Assembly: GCA_963815115.1 (NCBI GenBank)
Contig: CAWFFN010000008.1
Location: forward strand, 32,001-96,000
Reading direction: 5' to 3'
DNA length: 64,000 nt
Source of the DNA: an uncultured delta proteobacterium
GTDB taxonomy: Bacteria; Desulfobacterota; Binatia; DP-6
Numbering within the stretch: the stretch's first letter is position 1; every line of letters begins with the position of its first letter. This document shows positions 29,256 to 37,552 of this stretch, one piece after another. The notes beneath the pieces were generated by a model, which saw nothing but the letters and a program-made list of their open reading frames with translations, did no database searches and was not told the DNA's origin. Both the position numbers and the translations under genes were made by a program.

Positions 29256-30452
29256 ATGCAAACGATCACGAGATGGAGCATCGCGCTGAGCATGCTCGCG
29301 CTCGGTGGACTCGCCGTCCTGGTCCCGGCCGCGGAGGCCAAGGGAGTCAAGGTCCGCCAGAGTCTGGGCGTCACCGGAGCCGACCCCGACGGAACCGGGG
29401 AGCTGAAGGCCGACATCCGCGCCTCTGCCGCCGGGTTGCGCGGCAAGCTCGAGGTGAAGGTGCACGGGCTCGCCCCCGAGTCCACCTTCGACATCACCCT
29501 CGACGGGGTGCGGATCGGCTCCTTCACCACGCGGCGGAACGGCTCGGGCAAGGCGAAGTTCGACACCCGACCCAGCCGATCCAAGCAGCTCCTCGGCGTC
29601 GACCCGCGCGGAAGGCTGGCGGCGGTGGTGGCCGGCGATGGCTCCGTGGTACTCCAGACCGCGGTGTCCGCCAGCACGCTCGACCCCAACGACGTGCGCT
29701 GCTGCCTGCCCGACGATTCCGGTCCCGAGTGCGAGGACCGCACCGCCGCCGAGTGCGCCGCCGCCGGCGGGGTCGACCTGGGGCCGGGCTCCTGCCTGCC
29801 GAACCCATGCAGTGGCGGGACGCCAATCGGTGGCGACGTTCTCTGCTGTCTGCCCGACGATTCCGGTCCCGAGTGCGAGGACCGCACCGCCGCCGAGTGC
29901 AGCGCCCAGGGCGGCATCAACATCGGCGTGGGCACCTGCCTGCCGAACCCGTGCAGCGGTCCGACACCGCCGCCGGACGACGACATCCGCTGCTGCCTGC
30001 CCGATGACTCGGGTCCCCAGTGCGAGGACCGCACGGTGGCCGAGTGCGACGCGGCGGGTGGTATCAACATCGGGGCCGGCGCCTGCACGGCGGACGCTTG
30101 TCACGCAGGGGCGACCACCACCACCACGCTGCCGCCGAACGCGGCCGTGCTGGTGACCTGTGAGCGGCGCTCGGACCGCTCGAAGGTGTCTGTGAACGGC
30201 AACAATCTCGCCTCCGGCACCTACAGCGCACGCATCACGTCGGGCGCGAACGCGGCCGCGAGCGGCGCGCAGCCCACGGTGGGCGACGAGGCGGAGTTCG
30301 ACTTCGCCAGCGAGCCCGACGACATCGCGGCCGGCGCGACGCCGATCGCAGCGGGCTTCATCCAGGGTACGCCGCCGCTGGTGACGGGCGAGATCCTGAA
30401 CGCCGGCGGCGTGGTGGTGGTGTCGGCAACGGCGACCTGTCTCGACCGGTAG
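29256..30452 (+). CDS. Secreted Cys-rich repeat protein, paralog 3 (3 repeats)
   Basis: RBS AGGAGGAGG, signal peptide (AAEA|K), repeats at 29700-29810, 29844-29954 and 29991-30101. Confidence 0.88.
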   Translation: MQTITRWSIALSMLALGGLAVLVPAAEAKGVKVRQSLGVTGADPDGTGELKADIRASAAGLRGKLEVKVHGLAPESTFDITLDGVRIGSFTTRRNGSGKAKFDTRPSRSKQLLGVDPRGRLAAVVAGDGSVVLQTAVSASTLDPNDVRCCLPDDSGPECEDRTAAECAAAGGVDLGPGSCLPNPCSGGTPIGGDVLCCLPDDSGPECEDRTAAECSAQGGINIGVGTCLPNPCSGPTPPPDDDIRCCLPDDSGPQCEDRTVAECDAAGGINIGAGACTADACHAGATTTTTLPPNAAVLVTCERRSDRSKVSVNGNNLASGTYSARITSGANAAASGAQPTVGDEAEFDFASEPDDIAAGATPIAAGFIQGTPPLVTGEILNAGGVVVVSATATCLDR

Positions 30453-30480
30453 CGGCGCCCGACTCCGTCGCGCTGGTGAG

Positions 30481-30514
30481 CGATGCCCGGGGGGCCTCGG
30501 CCCTCCGGGCATCG
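30481..30514. terminator. GC-rich hairpin between convergent genes
   Basis: CGATGCCCGGGGGGCC-TC-GGCCCTCCGGGCATCG; no U-tract. Confidence 0.5.
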
Positions 30515-30557
30515 TCGCGTTCGCGCACCTCTCAGTCATCGTCGTCGCCCTCCCCGC

Positions 30558-32960
30558 TCAGTAGCCCGCGGCGGGCAGCTCCAACACGAAGCGCGCACCG
30601 CGGGCGACGCTCGGGTCCAGCGTCACCCGACCGCCGTGACGCTCCATGATCTTCCGGACGACCGCCAGCCCCACGCCCGTGCCGCGCGATTTCGTGGTCA
30701 TGAAGAGCTGGAAGATGCGGTCTCGGACCTCGGGTGGAACGCCGGGGCCCTCGTCCTGCACGCCGATGCGGACCACGCCCGGGTTGCCGCCGCCGACGCG
30801 AGCATCGATGGTCACCCGGCCGCCCTGCGGCATCGCGTCGATTGCGTTGCCGAGCAACTCCTGCATCGCCTGGGTCAGGTGCGCGGGGTCGGCGAGGACA
30901 CGCGGGAGCGAGGGTGGCAGGTCGAGCGCCACGGTGACGCCCGAGGCCTCGAGCCGCGCCGCGACAGCGTCGAGGACCGAGCGCGCCAGCGCCGGCAGCT
31001 CCAGCGGCTCGAGGTGCGGCTCGAACGGCCGCGCGAAGTCGAGGATGCCCCGCACCTGCGCTTCGAGTTTGTCCACCGCGCCGAGGACGTCCTCGAAGCT
31101 CTCGCGCACCGGGTCGGTGCCGGTCGTGGCCTCCAGGCCGAGCTGCGCGGCCAGGCGAATGCCGGCCAGTGGGTTGCGGATGCCGTGCGCCACCGCCGCC
31201 GACAGCTCGCCGATCTCGGCCAGTCGCTCGCTCCGCGCGAGCTGGACGCGCGCCTCCGCGAGCTGCTCGATGGCGGTCGCATTGGCGAGCGCGGCGGCCG
31301 TCTCGTTGGCCAGCGTGCGCAGCACATCGAGGTCGTCCGACGACAGCGTCGCCCCCGTGGCCTTGCCACGCACGGCGAGGCACCCGGTCACGCGGCCCTC
31401 GCGCAGCATCGGCACGACGAGCACCGCCTCGAGCGCACGGAACAGACGCCGCAGCACGTCGCGCCGGTCCGCCAGGACGCGCGACTGCTCGACCTCATCG
31501 AGCGACAGCGGGCGGCCGATGGCGACCAGTTCCGCGAGCTCCGGGGCCTCCGGCGGGATGCGGCCCGGGTCGCCGCCTCGCCGCACCAGGCCCGCGGCCT
31601 CGCATTCCCACACCGACGGCGCGTCCAGGTGGAGCGAGTCGCGCATCGTCGCCAGGACGTACCGCACGACGGCGGTCCGATCGAGCAGCGTGGTCATGTG
31701 CTCGCTGGCCCGCGCGATGGTGCCCTTGTAGTCGATGCGCCCGCGATGGAAGAGATCGTCGACCGCACGCTGCACGCGGTCGCGCAGCGGCACGATCGTC
31801 GCCAGGACGACGAGCACGAAGGCGATCGGGAAGAGCGCCGACTGGCGCAGGTCGAGCCCCGCCGCCACCCGGTCCGCGACGACCACGCTCGCCGCGTAGG
31901 CGAACGCGACCAGCGCCGTCAGCGCCGCGTAGACCAGCGACTGGCGCACCAGGCGATCGGCCTCGAACAGGTCGTGGCGGATCACCGCGTAGCCGATCGC
32001 GAGCGGGAAGATGAATCCGGTGAGCGTGAGCAGGCTGAACGACACCGGCAGGCCGGCGAGGAAGAAGGCGAGGAGCGCGAGCATCGGCAGGCCGAACGCG
32101 ACGATGGCACCCGCCAGCACGACGCGCGCACGGCGCCGGCCGAGCGGCGTGGTGCGCGCCCCGAAGGCGGCCGCCGCGATCGATGCCATGGCCACCAGCC
32201 CCGCCGCCGCGAGGGCGAGATAGACGGCGTCGTTGACGGCGAGCAGGATCGGGTACGAGCGCCAGAACGCCCACACCTGGATGAGCCCGACGGCCAGGCC
32301 GGCGAGGTACAGCAGCACGAGCGGCCGGGTCGAGCGGATCCTGGGCTCGGGGAAGGTGCACGCGAGGTGCAGGACCGCCGCCGGTGTGAGCGACTCCAGC
32401 ACGAGTCCGAGCGGCTCGAGCCACCCCGCCGTGAAGGCGTCCACCGCAAGCAGGAGCGCCAGCCCCCAGATGGCGCCGAACGCGAGCAGGGCGCGGCTCT
32501 GGATCGACTCCGGCTTGAGATAGAACGCCGCGAGCGCGGCGACCAGGAACGCCATGCCGTTGAGCACGTAGACGCCCATCGTCGCCGCCCAGTCGTGAAA
32601 TTTGAGCCGCATGGCGGTCACGGTGCGCGTCGTCGGCTCGGCTCGGCCCTGGAAATCATAGCGATGTGGCGTTCCCGGGGGCTCCGCAGCGACCATCCGG
32701 TCGACGTCCGCACGCGTGTGCACCGGGACCCCGTCCACGGCGGCGACGCGATCGCGGTAGGGGACTTCCGCCGCCACGCCGCTCCAGCCCGCGCGCCCGA
32801 GCGCCACCACGACGAGATTCTTCCACACCACGAATCCCGGAAAGGTCCGACCGACGTGCGACAACGAACCGAGCGTCGCCGCGCCGCCGAGCAGCGTGGT
32901 GACCAGCCCGACGGCCAGGAACAGCCGGGCGTCAGCGGGACGCCGGAAGCGGGCGAGCAT
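30558..32960 (-). CDS. Sensor histidine kinase (extracytoplasmic PDZ-like + multi-TM + GAF + HisKA/HATPase)
   Basis: DRVAAVDGVPV (PDZ-like), about 8-9 TMs, GAF (LVVPM...DDLDVLRTLA), H-box AHGIRNPL, NAIDA, DEGPG, GTGVGL. Confidence 0.9.
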   Translation of the reverse strand: MLARFRRPADARLFLAVGLVTTLLGGAATLGSLSHVGRTFPGFVVWKNLVVVALGRAGWSGVAAEVPYRDRVAAVDGVPVHTRADVDRMVAAEPPGTPHRYDFQGRAEPTTRTVTAMRLKFHDWAATMGVYVLNGMAFLVAALAAFYLKPESIQSRALLAFGAIWGLALLLAVDAFTAGWLEPLGLVLESLTPAAVLHLACTFPEPRIRSTRPLVLLYLAGLAVGLIQVWAFWRSYPILLAVNDAVYLALAAAGLVAMASIAAAAFGARTTPLGRRRARVVLAGAIVAFGLPMLALLAFFLAGLPVSFSLLTLTGFIFPLAIGYAVIRHDLFEADRLVRQSLVYAALTALVAFAYAASVVVADRVAAGLDLRQSALFPIAFVLVVLATIVPLRDRVQRAVDDLFHRGRIDYKGTIARASEHMTTLLDRTAVVRYVLATMRDSLHLDAPSVWECEAAGLVRRGGDPGRIPPEAPELAELVAIGRPLSLDEVEQSRVLADRRDVLRRLFRALEAVLVVPMLREGRVTGCLAVRGKATGATLSSDDLDVLRTLANETAAALANATAIEQLAEARVQLARSERLAEIGELSAAVAHGIRNPLAGIRLAAQLGLEATTGTDPVRESFEDVLGAVDKLEAQVRGILDFARPFEPHLEPLELPALARSVLDAVAARLEASGVTVALDLPPSLPRVLADPAHLTQAMQELLGNAIDAMPQGGRVTIDARVGGGNPGVVRIGVQDEGPGVPPEVRDRIFQLFMTTKSRGTGVGLAVVRKIMERHGGRVTLDPSVARGARFVLELPAAGY

Positions 32961-34281
32961 GCGGCAGCGTGCCGGTGTTGATCGCGAGCCCGCGGCGGCG
33001 CCGGCGCAGGCTCGAGAAGTATTGCAGGTTCACCGTCGCGTAGAGGACCAGGTTCGCGGGCCGGAGCAGCCGCGGGTAGTGCCGCAGCCGCGCCGTGCGG
33101 CGCGCGAACGCCGGCCAGCTGTAGTAACGCTCCTCGAGGTCTCGCACCCCCGCCTCGAGGGCGTCGGGCGCCCATCCGGGCAGATCGAACACCTGGTGCT
33201 GGAGATCGTACAGGCGCCAGTCGCGCGTCCGGATGCGTCCGGCGGCCGCGAGCTTCTCGAACGTCGGCGTGCCCGGGAACGGCGTCAGGATCCCGAACGA
33301 GGCGCCAAACACGTCGGCCTCCTCGCAAAACGCCAGGGTGCGGTCGAACACGTCCGGCCCGTCCTCGTCGAAGCCGAACGTGAACATCGCGAGCACGCCG
33401 ACGCCGTGCGACTGGAGCGCGTCGATCTGCTGGCGGTAGCGCTCGGCGCGGTTCGTACGGTGCTTGTTCATCTCGCGGAGGGATCCCGGGACGACCGACT
33501 CGAAGCCGACCAGCAGCCCCGTCATGCCGCTCGCCACGGCCAGCTCCAGCAGCTCGGGGTCGTCTGCGAGATCGATGGACGCCTCCCCGACCCAGCGCCG
33601 GCCGAGCGGCGCGAGCGCGCGGAACAGGTCGCGGGTGTACCCGCGGTGGATGAAGAGGTTGTCGTCGATGAAGAAGAGCGTCCGACCGTCGAGCTTGGCG
33701 ATCTCCGCCGCGACGTCCGCGACCGGCCGCCGGCGATACTTGGGGTTGATGGTGGACACGGAGCAGAAGCTGCACCGGTACGGACAGCCACGCGTCGCCT
33801 GCACCAGGTTGCGCGTGAAGTAGCGCCGGCCGTCGAGCAGGTCGCGGCGCACGCGGGGATAGCGCGCGAGGTCGGTGTCGTTCCGGCTCACGTAGCGCGC
33901 CCGCAGGGTGCCGCGCTCGACATCGGCCAGCACATCGGCCCACACGTCGTCCGCCTCGCCCACCACGACCGCGTCCGCGTGCGCGGCCGCCTCGTCCGGG
34001 CAGAAGGTCACGTGCCAGCCGCCGAGTACGACCGGGACACCGCGGCTGCGGAAGCGATCCGCCAGCAGGTACGCGCGGTGCGCCGACATCGTGTTCACGC
34101 TGATCGCCACCAGGTCGGGGGTGGCGCTTTCGTCGACCTCGCCGTAGTTGTCGTCCGCGAAGCGCACCGTCCAGTGCGCCGGTGTCAGCCCCGCGATGTA
34201 GGGCATGGTGAGCGTCGGGATCAGGCGCTCGTAGATCGGCGCGTCACGCGTACGCGGCCAGATGAGGAGGAGGTTGGGCAT
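32932..34281 (-). CDS. B12-binding-domain radical SAM enzyme
   Basis: VVLGGWHVT..P.E, VVVGEA, TRGCPYRCSFC, FIDDN, GFES, TPFPGT. Overlaps the kinase start by 29 bp. Confidence 0.92.
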   Translation of the reverse strand: MPNLLLIWPRTRDAPIYERLIPTLTMPYIAGLTPAHWTVRFADDNYGEVDESATPDLVAISVNTMSAHRAYLLADRFRSRGVPVVLGGWHVTFCPDEAAAHADAVVVGEADDVWADVLADVERGTLRARYVSRNDTDLARYPRVRRDLLDGRRYFTRNLVQATRGCPYRCSFCSVSTINPKYRRRPVADVAAEIAKLDGRTLFFIDDNLFIHRGYTRDLFRALAPLGRRWVGEASIDLADDPELLELAVASGMTGLLVGFESVVPGSLREMNKHRTNRAERYRQQIDALQSHGVGVLAMFTFGFDEDGPDVFDRTLAFCEEADVFGASFGILTPFPGTPTFEKLAAAGRIRTRDWRLYDLQHQVFDLPGWAPDALEAGVRDLEERYYSWPAFARRTARLRHYPRLLRPANLVLYATVNLQYFSSLRRRRRGLAINTGTLPHARPLPASR

Positions 34282-34297
34282 CCGCTGGCACCGAGGT

Positions 34298-34313
34298 AAC
34301 AAGAGCCGTGCCA
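34298..34313 (-). promoter_or_regulatory. Possible sigma54 promoter for the radical SAM-kinase operon
   Basis: TGGCACGGCTCTTGTT: perfect -24 element, -12 reads TTGT instead of TTGC. Confidence 0.5.
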
Positions 34314-35828
34314 GGGAGACAAGGGACCACGCGCGGCGTCCTGCTCGCTATCCTGGCCGGCGTCCTCCACGGGCTGTGCTTCGCCCCCGCCGGGCTGTGG
34401 CTCCTGGCCCTGGTCGCGCCGGCGCCGCTCCTGGTGGCAGTGCGCGGAGCGACGGCCGGTCGGGCCGCGCTCCTCGGCTGGATCGCGGGCACGGTCGCGT
34501 CGGGGATCGCCGTCACGCCGTGGATGACGACGGCCCTGCTCGACTACTTCCGCCAGGGACCGGCGATCGCGATCGCCTTCGCCACCCTGGTGGGCCAGGT
34601 TTTCCACGCCTTCCCGACGGCGCTGTTCGCGATCGGGGCGAGCCGCCTCGACCGGCTGCCGAGCGCGGTTGCCCGCATCGTCTGCGTCGCGAGCCTGTGG
34701 ACCGCGCTCGAGCTGCTGCGCTCGAAGCTGCTCGTCGGCGCGCCGTGGGACCTCCTCGGCCACGCCCTGTACGCACACCCGCTGTGGCTACAGATCGCCG
34801 ACCTCGCCGGTGTCTACGGCGTGTCGTTCGCGTGCGTCGCGATCGCTGCCGCGCTCGCCGAGCTGCCGCGCGCGCCCCGCCCAGCGCTCGCCACGACTCT
34901 CGTCGTCGCCGGACTCTGGGCGGGCTACGGCGCGGCGCGGCTCGCGCGGGAGCGCGACGACGGTGAGACGGTACGCATCGCGCTGGTGCAGGGGAACGTG
35001 CCGAACGCATGGCGTGCGGACCCGCGTGGCGCCGACGAGGCGTTCCGTGCCTTCGCCGACGCGACCGCCGGCGTCCTGCCCGACCGGCCAGCACTGGTCG
35101 TGTGGTCCGAGAACGCGATCAGCTTCCTGCTCGAGCCGAACGCGCGCTTCGGCGGCGCGATCGCCAGCCTGCTCGGACCCGCCGGCCCCTTGCTGCTCGT
35201 CGGCGGACCGCGCTTCGCGCAGCGCCAGCCTGGCCGTGCCGACTTCTTCAACTCGGCGTACCTGCTCGGCTCGGACGGCGCCGCGCTCGGCACGTACGAC
35301 AAGCGGCGCCTGGTGCCATTCAGCGAGTATGCGCCCTTCCCGAACGTCCCGGTCCTCGGCTGGCGGTTCGATGCTCCGGGCGATTACACGCCGGGACGCG
35401 AGCCGACGGTCTTCCAGGAGCCGGTGCCCTTCGGCGTCCTCATCTGCTTCGAGGCGATCTATCCCGACCTCGCGCGCGATCTCGCCGCGAACGGCGCGGA
35501 GGTCCTGCTCAACCTCTCGAACGACGCCTGGTTCGGCACCAGCGCCGGCCTCGAGCAGCACTTCGCGATCGCTGTCTTCCGTGCGGTCGAGCAGCGCCGC
35601 GCACTGGGCCGGGCGACCAACACCGGCGTGACGGCGCTGGTGGGACCGTCCGGGCGCGTCCTGGCGCGCTTTCCGGCCCGGGAGCGTGGCGCGTGGACGG
35701 TCGAGGCGCCGCGCCGCCATGGGCTCACGGCGTACGCCCGTATCGGCGACGTCTTTGCATGGCTGACGGCGCTCGTAGCCATGGCTGGCGTCGCGGCCAG
35801 TGCCCGCCTCCGGCGAGGTGCGCGATGA
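34308..35828 (+). CDS. lnt: Apolipoprotein N-acyltransferase (Lnt) family protein
   Basis: N-terminal TMs, LVQGN, catalytic triad VVWSE / YDKRRLVPFSEY / LICFE, NLSNDAWF, RATNTG. Start uncertain. Confidence 0.88.
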   Translation: MPGRQGTTRGVLLAILAGVLHGLCFAPAGLWLLALVAPAPLLVAVRGATAGRAALLGWIAGTVASGIAVTPWMTTALLDYFRQGPAIAIAFATLVGQVFHAFPTALFAIGASRLDRLPSAVARIVCVASLWTALELLRSKLLVGAPWDLLGHALYAHPLWLQIADLAGVYGVSFACVAIAAALAELPRAPRPALATTLVVAGLWAGYGAARLARERDDGETVRIALVQGNVPNAWRADPRGADEAFRAFADATAGVLPDRPALVVWSENAISFLLEPNARFGGAIASLLGPAGPLLLVGGPRFAQRQPGRADFFNSAYLLGSDGAALGTYDKRRLVPFSEYAPFPNVPVLGWRFDAPGDYTPGREPTVFQEPVPFGVLICFEAIYPDLARDLAANGAEVLLNLSNDAWFGTSAGLEQHFAIAVFRAVEQRRALGRATNTGVTALVGPSGRVLARFPARERGAWTVEAPRRHGLTAYARIGDVFAWLTALVAMAGVAASARLRRGAR

Positions 35829-35911
35829 GCCGCAGCGCCTGCGCCAAAGCACCCAAGTCGCGGGCGCGGCGCGCGCGGAAGCACCGGCGCCGGGCTGGCA
35901 CCGTGATTGCT
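35819..35911 (+). promoter_or_regulatory. Paired activator sites plus consensus sigma54 promoter
   Basis: TGCGCGATGAGCCGCA (35819-35834), TGCGCCAAAGCACCCA (35840-35855); TGGCACCGTGATTGCT (35896-35911). Confidence 0.78.
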
Positions 35912-35921
35912 GATCGAGGGC

Positions 35922-36287
35922 ATGGGTCGCAGGATCCTCATCGTCGAGGACGACGACCTGCTGCGCGTGCAGCTGTCCCGTCTCTTCACCGGCCGCGGCT
36001 ACGAGGTCGAGACGGCCGCGTCGATCTCCGCGTTCGTCACCGCGGTGACCGGCAGCCGCTTCGACGCCTGCCTGTTCGACCTCTCGCTGCCGGACGGTGA
36101 CGGCCTCGAGGCCTGGGCAGCCGCCAGCGAGCACCAGCGCGAGGCGACCGCGGTGCTGATGACCGCGTACGGCACCGACCAGGTCGTCCGGCGCGCGGCG
36201 CGACTCGGCGTGCGCACGATCCTCGGCAAGCCGCTCGACCTGCCGACCCTGCTGGCGGCGGTCGGCGGCGTGGGTGTAGCGGGCTAG
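35922..36287 (+). CDS. Single-domain response regulator
   Basis: ILIVEDD, LFDLSLPDGDG, LMTAY, GKP. Confidence 0.9.
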   Translation: MGRRILIVEDDDLLRVQLSRLFTGRGYEVETAASISAFVTAVTGSRFDACLFDLSLPDGDGLEAWAAASEHQREATAVLMTAYGTDQVVRRAARLGVRTILGKPLDLPTLLAAVGGVGVAG

Positions 36288-36318
36288 CTGCCGAGGTCCT
36301 TCGTTAAGTGTCTGCCCG

Positions 36319-36470
36319 TCAGAACGTTCCCTCGACCGACGCGAGCGGACTCCAGTCGGCCGGGCGCACGCCCGAGGCGTTGAGCGACTTGAAGACGCCC
36401 AGGCTCAGCACGATCGACTCGACCAGGTGCACGCGCACGCCGAGCGTCGCGTCGGCGTATCGCGCCGGCG
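36319..36470 (-). pseudogene. C-terminal fragment of a possible outer-membrane beta-barrel protein
   Basis: ADATLGVRVHLVESIVLSLGVFKSLNASGVRPADWSPLASVEGTF*: alternating strands and terminal Phe. Confidence 0.35.
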
Positions 36471-36539
36471 CGACGGGAAGCCGAGGTATGGCCGGTCGGC
36501 GATTCCGCCAGCCGTGACGTGCGACCCGGAGACCGACGT

Positions 36540-36719
36540 CGGCTCACGCAGGAGCTTGATCAGGCGCACTCGCTCCACGTCCTCCGGTCCGAAGACGTCG
36601 CCCCGCTGTCCGATCAGGGCCAGCGACCGCCAACCTCGCAGGTCGCCTGGGGATTCGCCGGTGCGCTCCGCTAGCTCTTCGATCGACAGCTCGCGCGCCC
36701 CGTGGCTCGGCGTCGTCAT
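36540..36719 (-). pseudogene. MerR-like HTH N-terminal fragment
   Basis: ELSIEELAERTG....LRGWRSLALI....FGPEDVERVRLIKLL, then truncated. Confidence 0.5.
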
Positions 36720-36787
36720 CGCCCGCCGGAGGGCCGTTGCACAGGACTCCGGTCCTGCGGGGAAGCGGCCACCTGTCGCCTGATCGC

Positions 36788-37552
36788 TCACGGTTGCTCC
36801 GCTGGCAGCATTCCCTCAGCCTTCATGCTCGAGATCATGCGGGTTAGGCTCTCCTCGGCGTGATAGGCGAAGTCGACCGGCTTGTGAGCACCCAGGCGTA
36901 GGAGTGTGCGGCGCGGTATCTTCTTCCCGCGCGCTTCGTAGTCAGCCACGTACTTGCGGACCTCGTACGCGATGATGTCCGCAGCCTGGAGGGGCGGGAA
37001 CTCCTCATTTACGCTTGAGGTCACGCTCGCAACTACGTTCCCCCACTTTGGGGCGGTGACCTGTAGACTCTCAATATATCGGTGGGCTAGCGCGGCACTG
37101 TGACATCCCTTGTCGAGAATCAACGCGACGGGTCTCCGCGGTATGCGACCGCGGCTTTGAGCGCGAGCCAGTGTTTCGACGAGACACTTGATGATCCAAA
37201 TGTACGGCTCATGGAGCGGGTGCTGCTCGGAGATGTACGGAAGAACAATGCGCTCAAAGTCTGCCTTGACCACCGCGAACCCGATCCCGAAGCGCACGTG
37301 CTTATCAATGAGTCGCGCAAAACGGTTGAACACACGTACCCGTCGCTTCTCGTCCCAGGAAGCGAACTCACGGACGCGCTGGGCAAAATCGACCATGTGA
37401 AAGCGTGTCAGACCAAATGCCCGTAAGGTCTCTCTCCACTCCGCGCTGAACCGCTCCCAGCGCTGCACGGTCGAGATGTATCCGGCGACCGTGACGTAAG
37501 GGGCCTCCGCATCAGTGCCGCTCTCGTCAAAGACGGCCTGGATCACGAGCAC
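36788..37552 (-). CDS. DUF3800-like protein
   Basis: FDESG near the N-terminus, FHMVD, LQAADIIAY; visibly lower GC than its flanks. Confidence 0.75.
   Translation of the reverse strand: MLVIQAVFDESGTDAEAPYVTVAGYISTVQRWERFSAEWRETLRAFGLTRFHMVDFAQRVREFASWDEKRRVRVFNRFARLIDKHVRFGIGFAVVKADFERIVLPYISEQHPLHEPYIWIIKCLVETLARAQSRGRIPRRPVALILDKGCHSAALAHRYIESLQVTAPKWGNVVASVTSSVNEEFPPLQAADIIAYEVRKYVADYEARGKKIPRRTLLRLGAHKPVDFAYHAEESLTRMISSMKAEGMLPAEQP

Noticed and set aside
14734-30101. Repeated GACGA(C/T)TC.GG.CC.GAGTGCGAGGA units as a CRISPR array or DGR template/variable repeats
   Set aside because: The repeats are in-frame coding units with mostly synonymous variation and no unique spacers; no cas or reverse transcriptase gene is in the window.
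29256-34281. Cys-repeat proteins as RiPP precursors for the radical SAM enzyme
   Set aside because: They have Sec signal peptides and large flanking domains, and even Cys counts suggest disulfides. The rSAM shows no SPASM Cys motif, and no RRE, peptidase or transporter is evident. Not strictly excluded.
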